A stretch of DNA of 63,966 nucleotides, filler included, from Reticulomyxa filosa (taxonomy: Eukaryota; Protista; Foraminifera): the NCBI GenBank assembly GCA_000512085.1. It is 15 parts of 15 records of this genome, joined end to end, with 100 filler letters (N's around TTAATTAATTAA, not from the genome) between each part and the next. Parts side by side here need not be neighbours in the genome. Positions count along the whole stretch, not along the records: positions 46,183 to 61,451 come from ASPP01020636.1; positions 61,552 to 62,626 come from ASPP01016131.1; positions 62,727 to 63,966 come from ASPP01001753.1; 12 more parts are not named here. One strand, 5' to 3'. Positions 52,342-63,966 of the stretch are shown here, one piece after another. The notes under the pieces are model-generated. The model saw only the letters and a program-made list of their open reading frames with translations, was not told the DNA's origin and did no database searches. Numbering within the stretch: the first letter of the stretch is position 1; every line of letters starts with the position of its first letter. A program made the position numbers and the translations under genes.

Positions 52342-54262
52342 ATGACGACTGTATATATTCTAAAGACTACGTTATATATAACAATGGTGATTTTGTTTGT
52401 CGTTTTTTGTGTTCCTTTGTTGGTGTGGCACGCTTACAAATTTCGTTCTGCGCACCGTTTTGAGTTTATTCATCGACGTAGACCTATACTAGTTTATTTT
52501 ACATTTAGTTTGGGTTTGGCCAGCACCATTAGTTTTGATTTTTTTTTTTACGTTACTTCTGTATGGATGCAAAAACAAATGCACGTTCACTGTACAAAAC
52601 AAAACAGTAATAGGATGTGGAGTATTTTATGTGTGGTTATTTGTAGATAACAATTTGTTATTTAATCATAACTTTTTGGTGACTGCTTATATTATCGCTT
52701 CACCTTTTTGGATAGCAATGATAAGATTTTATTTTGTGTGGTATGACAGCCGTTTAAATCAAGACCAAATTAAATTCCATTGGAAACAACAATTATTCTT
52801 AGGAAACGATATCATGCGACTCTTGCAAACAAACGATGACCTGCAAGTCCTATCGTCTCCAGTGTCTGAAACAAGCATCAGTGTGGCGAGCGCAAATGGA
52901 AGTGATAATGATATTACAAGTAAAGAGTGCAAGGCCATAATCCCAGAGAAATCAGAAACAGATTTGGAGCTCAAGCATCCATTGCCATATACAATAAAGT
53001 ATCGTCATGTGATAGGTGACGCTCGCTGGATTATCGCTTTCTGGTTATTATTTTGTGTTGGTACCTGTTTTTTAGGAATGACTCAATTATGGGAGGGAAA
53101 AGAAGGTTTATTTTACTTTCTGGTGTTGTCAACAACTTTGGCATACGGTATCCCTGTGGTATTGTTGTCCCTACTTTTGCTCAAAATGTTGGAGCTGCAC
53201 GATTCACTGGACATTATGCGTTTAGATGCCATTTATTTGTGTGTTGTGTACGTATATCGCGTATTCGTGTCCCCATACGCATTGCATGGAATAAAATTGG
53301 CAGTGATAATACACACACACACACACACACACACGCATACACACAAAATATCCTACAGCGGAAATGAAAAAAACTTTATTTGCTGCATTACCAGTACCGG
53401 TGTGTCTTTTGATAGCAACGCTTTTTTGTAACTACTCTGACGCTGTCTTTCCAATTTTAATCTGTGTTGGAGGAACAATTACTCAGGTGTATGTGACTTT
53501 AATTGCCTTGCGTCCAGCACATTTGTACCAAAGTTACTGTGATTTACATGTTTGCTCCAGATTCAAACGTGGTTTACGCTTTGGTTCAACTCTTGTCGTT
53601 GTTTACCTTAATTGGGACGATGAAATCATATCTTTGGAAAATATTTTGGCCCAACCAAAAACATTTGATATGTTCGCCTCGCATTTGGCTTCTGAACTTT
53701 CTTTGGAAAATTTATTTTTTTTGACAGAGTTGATGCAATTGAAGTATTTCTTGAGATGGCAACAGTTACAAATTTTCTCTATTTTTTACGTATACTTATT
53801 TATGCCAGAGGAGTAACAAGTTCAAAAACGCGAGGGGGAAAAAAAAAAAGGGAGATAAATGAAAAGTCATTGGGCTGGATACTGCAACTACCCCAAAAAG
53901 TTATTGAAGACAACTTGGACAGTCATTTGATCAAAAAAGGCACAATTTGCAAACAGAAAGTGTACAAGGTCGCATTTTTGATGTTTCATTATCTATATCA
54001 GCGCTATGTACAAACGAACTCCTTATCGCAAATTAACATTGCGAGTGAAGTTCGACAACCAATCCTCGACGCATTTGCTGAAAAACAGATATTTGTTTCG
54101 AATAACAGCGACCTTACAGATGCAAAACATACTATCTGTCGATTTATACAAGTAATGGACATCGCAGCAATTAATATCTACCGGTTGCTGGAAAACGATT
54201 CCCTTGTTCGATTTCTCAAATCTGAGCGATATCAACAGTATATCTCGTTGAAAGGCTCGTGA
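52342..54262 (+). CDS. Multi-pass transmembrane RGS protein (7TM-RGS architecture), multi-exon
   Basis: About 6-7 hydrophobic helices (first followed by FIHRRRPILV), then an RGS box: SLENIL...FASHLASELSLENLFFL, LYQRYV...QINIASEVR, IYRLLENDSLVRFLKS. Confidence 0.88.
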
Positions 54263-55044
54263 TTGGTGGTGTTTTTTTCTTTTTTTTTTGTTTTTATAAA
54301 TCGGTTTGTTTATTTCATTGTCCCTTTTGCTTATATTTTTATTGTTTGCTTTTTCTTTCGTCTTTTAAATATTTGGTTTCTTAATATTGCTTTAAAGCTG
54401 AACGTCTCGACAAAAATAACTTTTATTTTGATTATTATCTTAAGTGGAGTCTGAAAACAATCGACCCTACCCTTTACGGTAAACTTTTTTGAATTCATTA
54501 GTATTTATAGATGTTATTCAAAGTATTACTCTTCTAGTGAAAAATTTCAATTATTTCTATGTGCACGTAGGTTTTTCACAAAAATACCTCTCTTTATGTA
54601 ATTCCACACTTGTGCCCAAAGTATATGCCAATCAAAATTGAAGTAATATAAATTACACATTCATTAGATTGCTGAATTCTCTTGGATGAATAAACAACAT
54701 ATATACAAAGCAATGCTTCTATTGTCGGCAGATCAAGTAAGAAGTATGTATAAACATTGCCACAGTAAGCCGAATTAAACAAAAACTTTTTATTCGATGG
54801 AATGAAAATTTTCCAAAAAAGAAAAATAGACGTCCGAGGAAAGTCAATTCAAGAAATGAAATGAAATTAGTGTGTTTGATTAAGTATGTTTCAGATTAGA
54901 CAATTGAAAAAGATATAAATTGAAGTTCACAAAAATATACATTTCATTGGCCAAAAGTTTCATCTTTTCACTTTTATTTTCATTATTGTCAAAAATAACA
55001 CTACATTCAAACACTTTTGACCGCTAGTGTAGATTTACATACAT

Positions 55045-55731
55045 GTATTGACAAAAGTACTGACAAAATGGCAAATTATGAAGATAATCGATTTTCTAGT
55101 CAAAAATCGGCATTTTAAAAAATATATACGAATATTCAAGTGTTTCGAAATGAATTTAATTGTTTGGCAATTACAAACATTGTAATTATTTTCTACAACA
55201 TTATTATTTTGCTTATCGATTTTTTATTTTTTTTTGTTTTTAGCTATTCTTTTTTTGTATTCCTTTTTCTTTAATTTTGAAAGGTTTTACCTTTTATTTT
55301 TACTATTTATTCTGTTTTTTGTTAGAATGTATCAGTTTATCATGATATTAATATTTTAACAACTGCATCTTTGTGTTATTACACTTTTTAATTGTTTTTG
55401 TTTTTGTATACGTTGTTTTAAAATTTATAGACTTTTTGAAAGATATTAAACTTTAAAGATACTCAATTACTTTAATTGTATCAGTATGATTTACAATTAT
55501 AAAATTCAATATTCTATTTTTTGCATTTAATGTTATAAAAACAAAAAAAATTTAAAATAAGCAAAATAATAACGTTGTAGAAAATAGTTTCAATATTTGT
55601 AATTGACAAAAAATTGTATAAAAAATGAAATATATTTTGAAACTTTGAATATTTGTATATTTTAAAAAAATGCTGATTTTTGGCTTAGAAAATCGATTAT
55701 CATAATTTGCCATTTTTGTTTGTCAATACAT
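55045..55731. mobile_element. MITE/foldback-like element with ~190-bp imperfect inverted repeats
   Basis: 55046-55240 (GTATTGACAAA..AAAATGGCAAATTATGA..TAATCGATTTTCTA...TTTTCTACAAC.TTATTATTTTGCTTAT) is mirrored at 55535-55731. Shares the ATGAAGATA.TCGATTTTCT motif with the Tc1-family subterminal block. Confidence 0.8.
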
Positions 55732-56410
55732 TTGCGCCAAAATAAACGATTATAGTTAGAAAGATTTATAATATGTATACAGTAACATAATATGTTTGTT
55801 ATTTTTTCTGCAAACTACTTTTGTAGCAAGTACATACTGTTTGATGTCCAAGTTCAATTGAATATATGAATTCTTTTTTCATAAACAATACTAATAAACA
55901 TAGTTTTCATATTTTGATGTTTGTTACTGTTATTGTTTATATTCTTCTTGATTTATTTTACCTGTTTTTGTTGAAAAGTATATCATACAGCAATATTTTC
56001 GTATTTCACTCTGTGTCAGTCAAGCGACAGTAAGCAATTCTCACAATGTATGTTAAATGTATTAATTGACATACTTGACATATGTACATTGCTGTTCTTG
56101 TAATCGATCGTTTGTATCAAATCAACAAATTTTACACAACAATTTTGTCTTAGTCTTAAACTGCGTTGATAAGACATTTCTATACTCATATATCACTACT
56201 TTGTGAATATGCAAAAAAATTTCAAGCAGCAGGAAAGCAAAAGTTTAATGAATATATTGTACTTGAAAAGATTCTCGAAATGGATTACAATGAAAATGTA
56301 ACAAAATAGTGTACTCACTATGGTGTTGTCACATCTGTCAGGCCCAACTGAGTTGTCACTTGTGCGCGTGTCTAAGCTCTTTTGGAGGAAGATGAAAGAA
56401 AATGAGGACG

Positions 56411-57730
56411 TTACAATGGAGAAAGTGACTTGAAGGCGATATCCAAGTACAAAGGGAAGTGATCGGAAGGGAAGATAGTGCCATATTGACTTTGGTTCCA
56501 AGTAGTGTCCAAGATAGTGCTATTCCAAGTGACAACAAAGGCGTTTAGCAAATGCATTTCTTGAATGACATTGGGAGTGCACAAAATCCAGTCAATGGGA
56601 GCACCATTGGTGTCTTTGGGGATATAGTCTAGTCCCTCCCATCGATGGAATGTGAGCGGAGCATTCAATGTTGTATTTTTCTTTTTCGTCCACTCTTTGA
56701 CGCAGTCTAACAATTTGATCTGTGAGCGAATAGAAGATGACGGTTTGTTATGTTTTTTGTTGTTGTTGTTGTTATTGCCATTGATATTGATCATTTCATT
56801 CGCCAACAAAGACACATTGACAATCTCATGCCACAATTTTCCATTTTCATTTTCATTGAAATCGCCAGTCACAAACACCAATAAAGTGAAGTTCCGCAGT
56901 GTTTGGTATTCATTCCACATTTCAGCGATGAACGCCTCAATGATTTGTATTTCCTTTTGTCTCGCCCACAAATGTAAGTGATCCAAATGCGTGTTAATAA
57001 ACAGGAACAAATATTTGGAATGCAATGTTCCCCAGCGAGCGTGCGGGTTCTTCAGCGATAGCAAAGCCCACGTCGCAATGCGTGGCAAAATCGTGCCTGT
57101 ATACTTGCTACCGAGTTGGTTTGGTGTTTCTGACAGACTGAATGTTCCTTTGTCTAACACAGAAAACATTTTGTGAAAAATGAAAATTTCGCAAAATTCA
57201 TTATCTTTTGATAGCTGCGATTGAAACACGCCTTTTGGCAATCGTCCGCTACTTCCCAACATTTGGTACTTATTCTCTTGCAAAATATCGTTGATTTCGT
57301 TCAGTTGTGACAATGTCCCCTCTTGTGTCCCCAGTAACGACGGCCTCGATTTCAATAGCGTCTTTATTAACATCGCCTTACGTGTACTCCAACTATGCGT
57401 CTTCGTGTCCATGTCCAACAATTCGTTGCGCAGATTAAAGGTCATTATTCGGATCACCGACTCGTTGTGCTTGAATTGCTCAAAGAATTCCTCTAATTCT
57501 TCGCTCTCTGACTTGACCCAGTTCTTCGGATTTCGAAGCACTCCGCTTGCTCCATTGTGCTGCGCAGGATGCGCCACGGTGGCAAGGTTGTGCAACAAAA
57601 AATGAATCGTATAGTCAAACCCTACTAGTACCACTAGCAAAATCAAATACAATTTCGAATCGAATAGAGCTGGCTTGGAATTCGATGATCCATGCTTTGA
57701 TTTTTCTATTAGGGTTGGCGAAAAATTCAT
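56411..57730 (-). CDS. Endonuclease/exonuclease/phosphatase (EEP) family hydrolase with N-terminal TM anchor, intronless
   Basis: IRIMTFNLR, GTQEG, FSLSETP, PRIATWA, INTHLDH, TGDFN, IDWI and PSDHFP motifs. Confidence 0.92.
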   Translation of the reverse strand: MNFSPTLIEKSKHGSSNSKPALFDSKLYLILLVVLVGFDYTIHFLLHNLATVAHPAQHNGASGVLRNPKNWVKSESEELEEFFEQFKHNESVIRIMTFNLRNELLDMDTKTHSWSTRKAMLIKTLLKSRPSLLGTQEGTLSQLNEINDILQENKYQMLGSSGRLPKGVFQSQLSKDNEFCEIFIFHKMFSVLDKGTFSLSETPNQLGSKYTGTILPRIATWALLSLKNPHARWGTLHSKYLFLFINTHLDHLHLWARQKEIQIIEAFIAEMWNEYQTLRNFTLLVFVTGDFNENENGKLWHEIVNVSLLANEMININGNNNNNNKKHNKPSSSIRSQIKLLDCVKEWTKKKNTTLNAPLTFHRWEGLDYIPKDTNGAPIDWILCTPNVIQEMHLLNAFVVTWNSTILDTTWNQSQYGTIFPSDHFPLYLDIAFKSLSPL

Positions 57731-58132
57731 ACTATTTAGTTTTTTTTTGGAGCTTGCTGCCCACGGTTTCCCTTCGAACAAGTAACAGCCCGTTTTGTTT
57801 TGGTAAGTACTAAGATCTAGATAAATATAGTGCAGCTCACTAACTCATTTTTTTTTGTAAAAATAGACAATTACATTTAAACCATTCATTACTGGCACAC
57901 AGTCTTTGCAAAATATATTAACAATCAATTTTAATATGAGCTGTTTTTTCCCATTTAATTACGGCTTGCAAAGTGTAAACATTCACCAAATAATTTACCA
58001 CTGCTAGCTTAAATTTGTTGTACACAGTTAGACAAGAACAGAAAGCAACTTAATTTTAAGTTTTTATTTGTAAAATGACGAAGCAAAAAAGGGCTGTATT
58101 TGGAAAAAAACTTAAGTTGGCAGTCTGAATTT

Positions 58133-60729
58133 ATGTCACGGCATAGATTACTTCGTCAGCAACTAAAGACTGACGAGATTGATCTGCACCCAGATGATTT
58201 AATTTCAGAAGAATGGGAGGAAGATTATGCTTGTCAAGAATGTAAACAGAAGCGAGAAGGTTACGCAGATAGTTCGGGTGTTTTTTACTGCTACGATTGT
58301 TGGGATACTTACAACATGGTCGAGTCACAGTTTCTGGACGATGAGCCAGAGGAGACAGGAGCACAAAAGATATCACAAAACCAGCCCCCGGGGATAAATA
58401 CCGCCGAAGGCAAAAACGCACAAAAAAACAAAAGAAAAAGAAAAAAAAAAACGCGGCCAAATTGGAAGAAGCAGCAGACAAGACACAAACAGACTCAATG
58501 ACAACAGAGACAAAGACGACTGTGGTTGAATCCGCGACAGCTGCAAGCTCCGCGATGCATGCTACCACATATGAATCAATACCAACGAAAATTGACAAGA
58601 GTAGCAGACCTGACTTCCTAAAAGACCGGCCATCATTTTTATCTTTCGAGGGTTCGTCCCAACAAAAAGTGCAACAAACTGATGTGGATGCCAAAGGGGG
58701 AGACAAGTCAAAAAAAAAAGTGACCCCCCAAGTGACAACAACAACAACGATAAAAACGAAACCAACATATGGCAAGCCGGACAATAAAAAGCAGCCTTCA
58801 AACGCAAAGCAAGAAGGACGTATACACTATGACGTGGACTCATCTCGACAAGAGGAGAAAAAGTCATCGTCAATCAAAGACGAGACACATTTCAATCCCC
58901 ACGAAAGCGTGCAAAATAAACCGGCTCAAAGCCAAGCTGAAAAGAAAAAAAAAAACAACAGCAGAAAGAGGAGAAAGAGGAGAAAAAAGAGGACGATCGG
59001 AGCAATGGCAACATTCCTCCCCTCGTTCGTTTTCAGGGAATGCGAGTGGAGTCGGCGAAAGAGTTTCAAAAGACAAAGGAAAAGAAACTGCAGCTGCTAC
59101 TGAACAAACTGAAAGACGAAGAGACAATTATTACACAGCAAACCAATGTCAAAAGCGAGCACAAACCACACATCAACTTGGTCATTGTTGGCCATGTCGA
59201 CCATGGCAAATCTACACTCATGGGTCATTTATTGTACAATTTGCAAAAAGTGGACAAACGAGAAATGCATAAGATACAAAAAGAATCCAATGAAATTGGT
59301 ATTTTTTTTGTTTTGTTTTTTTTTACGTATACGTTTTTTTGTTGTTGTTTTTTTTTTTATCCTTACTTTGAGCAATTAATGTAATCTTTTATGAAAATTT
59401 AAATTAAAAAAAAAAAAGGTCAAAGGGTACATTTGCTTATGCATGGGTACTGGATTGCCACGAAGAAGAAAGAGTTCGTGGCATTACAGTTGATGTCTCG
59501 GTGAATTATTTTGAGACGAAATGTCGCAGAATCACATTATTGGACTCGCCGGGACACAAAGACTTTATTCCCAATATGATCAGTGGGGCAGCGCAAGCCG
59601 ATTGCGCCATTTTGGTGGTCTCCGCCATTCCCAACGAGTTCAACTCCGGGTTTAATAAGCAAGGCCAAACCCGCGAGCATGCCGTTCTCATTCGCAGTTT
59701 GGGGGTGTCACAAGTCATTGTGGCAATCAACAAAATGGACATGGTGCAATGGCAACAAGAAAAATTCCAAAATGTCCAAGCCGAACTTGCTTCCTTTTTA
59801 CAGGAGATCGGATTCCCTGCTCAAAAGCTTGCTTTCGTTCCTGTGTCGGGTTAAAAAAAAAAATATTTTTTTTATTGTTATTGTACTATATGCCAACACT
59901 ATAACTTCATCTTGCCCATCTCCTTGAAACGGTTGAAAAAGGTCTGGAAGGCGAAAACTTGAGCACTCCTTCGAATTTGAAAACACTTCGACAATGGTAC
60001 ACTGGCCCTTGTTTGGTCGATTTGATTGATGTATTGGAACCTCCGTCGCAGCTCAAGGAGCAATGCTTGAATAAACCTTTGCGTGTGACGATCACGGATA
60101 CGTATCGCGATGCGGCCATGGGAGGGGCTGTGCTGTCGGGAAAAGTGCTGTCAGGGAGTCTGATCAATGGCGAACAAATTGTCATCCAACCCTCGTCGCT
60201 CGTAACCAAAGTCAAAAAAGTTGCCAATGTCGAAAATAAACAATTGGATATTGCCATTGTTGGCGATAATGTACAATTGTTTGTGAATATCAAAGACGAA
60301 GAAGAGTTTGTCCAGATTCATGTCGGAGATGTCATCTGCTCGCCACAGATTGATAACGCTTCGCGAGAGCGACCACTTGTTCCTTGCAAAGCATTTGAAT
60401 GCAAATTGGTGACGATGCGAAATATGGTAATGCCACTTTGTCGTGGTCAAGAAATGATCGCTCACGTACAATCCATAAGTGCTTCTGTCATTGTGAAGAA
60501 ATTACACTATCTCATTGATGTAAAAACAGGGCAGGTGCTCCGCGAGCCTGGAAAGAAAGTCTTGAGGCACGTGAAGGCAAATCAAACTGCAGTTGTCACG
60601 TTTCAGGTTAAACCTGGCTATTTCTTTTGTGTCGACACGTTTGAACAAGTAAAGGCACTTGGCAGGGTTACTTTCAGGAGAGACGGAGAAGTAATTGCCA
60701 TTGCTCAAATTACCAATTTGAGCTGGTGA
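58133..60729 (+). CDS. HBS1: HBS1-like translational GTPase, multi-exon, homopolymer frameshifts in the N-terminal linker
   Basis: MSRHR acidic N-terminus, [61 protein letters not shown] and [10 protein letters not shown]. Confidence 0.9.
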
Positions 60730-61114
60730 TAACTTTATCCGCTTCCCTTCTCATAATTTTACCTTTATCCCGCGTGGACTTCTTCTGAGTGTTGTTGCAT
60801 TAAAATAAGAATAAAGACTTTGTTTTTTTCTAGTATAACTTGAACTTTCACAAATTACTTAAAAAAAATTGTTACAATTTAACAACACAGACAAACATTT
60901 TTATAACAGAGAAAGTCAGTATGTGTTTCACTTAAAAAAAAGATAAACACTCAATCTATTGTAGACCACTTAAAGCAGGAAAATAACACATAATTTGCTT
61001 GAACAAAAAATTAACATAATAACACAAACAGCATTTTTGTTCAAAAGCCTTATTAACTGGAGAAGTTACCGAAAAAAAGAAATGAACAAATAACATTATC
61101 AATTGAAAGTAACT

Positions 61115-61285
61115 TTAAAAAAAACACATTGTCATTTTCACGCTTTTCAACTACTGTTATGAAGACTGCTTCTCTGGCAATCCGGGAATTAAAAAATTTG
61201 TTGATTAAGTCTTGGAGAAAGTGACTCAGAGAAATGATGACAGATAAAAAAATAAAAAATCTGTAACTAGACCCTTTTTTGGAAA
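61115..61285 (+). repeat. Dispersed ~170-bp repeat, copy 3
   Basis: Near-exact reverse complement of the copy 1 core; shares the AGATAAAAAAATAAAAAATCTG block with copy 2. Confidence 0.8.
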
Positions 61286-61551
61286 CTCTTCAACAAATAA
61301 AAATTTTATTTGTTGATGTTTTTCAATTAAAAATATACAATTGTTAGTAATAATATCGCTTTCAACTTGAACAGTTTTAGTAAATTGAAATTCCATTGTT
61401 GGAATGATTTCCAAATCAAAATAAAAATGCAACAAAAGTAATGATTTTTTTNNNNNNNNNNNNNNNNNNNNNNNNNNNNNNNNNNNNNNNNNNNNTTAAT
61501 TAATTAANNNNNNNNNNNNNNNNNNNNNNNNNNNNNNNNNNNNNNNNNNNN

Positions 61552-61592
<41 letters not shown>

Positions 61593-61594
61593 CG

Positions 61595-62540
61595 TCAATG
61601 GAACGTGTTGTTGGTCTCACAAATAAATGAGAATACATTTGTAACCGTGTCAGAAATCAATGCAGATAACAGCAAATCGAATTGGTGGGACGCATTGGTT
61701 GCAGATAAAGCAACAACGTCCAATGACAACAGCAATAGTAATAATAATAATAATAATAGTAATAATAATGATAATAACAATAGCGACAGTGGTAAAAAAG
61801 ACGACGAGAAAAACGAAAATGAGACAGGCGACAGATTGTTAGGGAAGATTAATTTGTGGCAATGGCACAGAGGGGATGACAACACGAGCGTGAAAACAAG
61901 TGAAAGCGACGCAAAATCGGCCCATGACACGACATCAACATCAACATCGATATCTTCTAACGGCCAAACCGATGGCAATGCGAACAAAGTTACAACTACT
62001 GCCCCGGTGTATCTCGAGTCACCCACATCTGATAACTACCTTCGAGTGACCAGCAACGCCATGGATTCCAATAACCCATCGGACTGTCGTCATCGTCCAC
62101 TTTTCACGTGCCATATGAAGCTGAGCCGTCCAAAATCCGCCTATTTCCACAAAGAATGCAATTTATTGTTGGTCGGGACTGAATATGGGATTCTTCTTCT
62201 TTTTACTTATTTTCCTGATAAACAGGTGCGTGTACATGTCATTGAGTAGTATATTTGTTGTTGTTGTTGTTAATTTAGAACATAAGTTCAGGCTCACCTT
62301 TGCGCCCCCCCCCCCTTTTTTTTCCCCTTTCATCCGAATTGGACAGGAAATAAAACACTGTGGGTCCTTGCCACGACTGTTCGCGTCTCCAGTAACCAGC
62401 ATGATGGTGTTAAGCCAGGACAAGATAACGTACAAAGCCGAAGCGTTTACAGAAGCGAGAAAAAAGGGCCTGCCTTTGAGCACCAGTGATATCAAAAAGA
62501 TTGGCGCGACGGGATATCTGTTCGCTGTGTCACTAGACTG
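61595..62540 (+). CDS. Internal fragment of a probable beta-propeller (WD40-like) protein with N/T/D-rich inserts
   Basis: GKINLWQW, LLLVGTEYGILLLF, SPVTSM and YLFAVSLD strand patterns. Intron at ~62227-62346. Confidence 0.5.
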
Positions 62541-62726
62541 TTAAATGTGTTGTTTGTTGTTGATCTTCTAAATGGAGAAAGTATAAAAAAAAAAAAAAAA
62601 AAAAAAAAGAAAAAAAAAATAAAAAANNNNNNNNNNNNNNNNNNNNNNNNNNNNNNNNNNNNNNNNNNNNTTAATTAATTAANNNNNNNNNNNNNNNNNN
62701 NNNNNNNNNNNNNNNNNNNNNNNNNN

Positions 62727-62944
62727 TCTACCAGTTTCACTACACAGTGTCCAATTAATTCAACATCACTTGGATACTCACAGATAAACTTATATTCGTT
62801 TTTGAGTGTATGATAAGAATAACAAGCTCTCTTAATAGCACCTCCACAAATGAGGAGTTCGTGTTTGTGTAGCACACATTGAGATGCCTGAACTGGAATG
62901 GGCAACTCCTTCAAAGTTTGAAAGTGGGCAGTTTGATTGCTCAT
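62727..62944 (-). CDS. Kelch-motif protein N-terminus (expanded R. filosa-type family), truncated
   Basis: FQTLKELPIPVQASQCVLHKHELLICGG..RACYSYHTLKNEYKFICEYPSDVELIGHCVVKL. Confidence 0.85.
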
Positions 62945-63270
62945 GTTGTTAATGTTTAGGAAGTTTTTTAAAAAAAGGGGCTGTGACCTGACCCTTTTTG
63001 AGAAAACAAAAAATATTTTATTTGGTTAAACATAATTTGAGTAAAGAAAATTGAAATGTGTGAAAGATTGAATTATTGTATCGAGAACTTTCAGTTAAAC
63101 GTTGTTATCTATCAATCAAGACTGAATTGTGACAGTCTTGAATAATGAAAATATCGGAAAAGTGATTTAAAAAAAGATAGTTCTATGGTACTTTATCCTT
63201 TTCGTTTTCATTGTCAAAAGAACCACTCAAAGTCAACTGAGGTAATGGGTTATTAATTGTTAGGGTACTG

Positions 63271-63752
63271 TTATTCTCGTTGAACATTTTCTGATTCCAG
63301 TGTAATCATCAACAAAGCAATTGCTTGCATCAGACCGTCGTTCAACTCTGTGTCTGATCCTCCATCGCTTATTTCAATATCTCGATCAGTGTTGCCATGA
63401 TCATTTTCATGTGTCGTCTTCAAGTTTTGGCCTTGCCGCACAATCAATTCCTTCATTGATGGCTCGTCCTCGGAATAGATGTTTGATTTTATCGTTGTCA
63501 TGACATTGCCGCACTTGAGTCTTTCTTTTCGGTCGTTGCTGCTGTTATAGCCTTGGTCGCCGTAGCTGGTCGTTTTGGCAGAGAAAGGTTATTTACAAAC
63601 ACAAAGACCACATTCGGACAAATATGGTAAAAATAAAATACAATGGAATAGTAACGTATATATAATGGCAACGACTGCGTGAGTATCTCGCACCTCCATA
63701 AATCCGGTGAAATAGATTTGAGTTCGATTTTGACGATTGGTTTCAGATGCAT
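63271..63752 (-). CDS. Hypothetical protein (spliced or frameshifted)
   Basis: Two abutting GC-richer ORFs with polar/acidic composition. No family recognised. Confidence 0.35.
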
Positions 63753-63966
63753 GTACTGGTTGATGATCGTGGAAGTATTGATCGGGTAGTTTTGATACAG
63801 ATATTTGATATTAGTTCAATTTTGACACAAATGTTTTTATTGGAAAATTGAAGAAAACTCACCATTCTAAAATTATTTTGTTTACTCTTTCACCTTTTAA
63901 TTAATATTTTAAAATCAAAATGGAAATACTTGTTTTTAAAGCAGTTGAAAAACAAAACACCAAATA

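Noticed and set aside
18695-60729. Cluster of translation factors (EFL, eIF6, HBS1)
   Set aside because: They lie on three different contigs, so their proximity is artificial.
3224-62726. Recurrent TTAATTAATTAA palindrome within N runs as a biological repeat or CRISPR-like array
   Set aside because: It is an identical 100-nt synthetic linker with six-frame stops, an assembly concatenation artefact.
1-63966. tRNA, rRNA, snRNA genes or prokaryotic operons
   Set aside because: No T-loop/cloverleaf, rRNA or snRNA signatures were seen by eye, and most prokaryote-like genes carry spliceosomal introns. An Infernal/tRNAscan-SE run would be needed to exclude small RNAs.

Overview
AT-rich, intron-containing eukaryotic DNA. 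The window is not one locus: 15 separate contigs are joined by 14 artificial 100-nt spacers (44 N + TTAATTAATTAA + 44 N), so gene order across spacers is meaningless. The kelch and WD40 family fragments, EFL, and homopolymer-rich GT-AG introns point to a rhizarian, probably the foraminiferan Reticulomyxa filosa (inference from recognised family signatures). Recognisable genes, mostly spliced: reticulon, a calponin-homology protein, an FCP1/NIF phosphatase, a CRT-like transporter, NECAP, a disrupted EFL, an SDR, two RGS proteins (one multi-TM-RGS), Tctex-1, a GT77-like glycosyltransferase, sterol delta-7 reductase, a sucrose-phosphatase-like HAD, a very large FtsX/MacB-type permease, eIF6, an ankyrin protein, an EEP hydrolase and HBS1. 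Outside genes there is a Tc1/mariner family (transposase remnants plus a MITE with perfect 19-bp TIRs and TA flanks) and two other dispersed repeat families. Many genes carry single-base frameshifts in homopolymers, most likely sequencing errors. I found no rRNA, tRNA or CRISPR, and no clearly novel multi-gene system. The best candidates for follow-up are the orphan FtsX/MacB permease, the Tc1/MITE family, the SPP-like enzyme and the TM-RGS. Exon boundaries were read by eye and are approximate.
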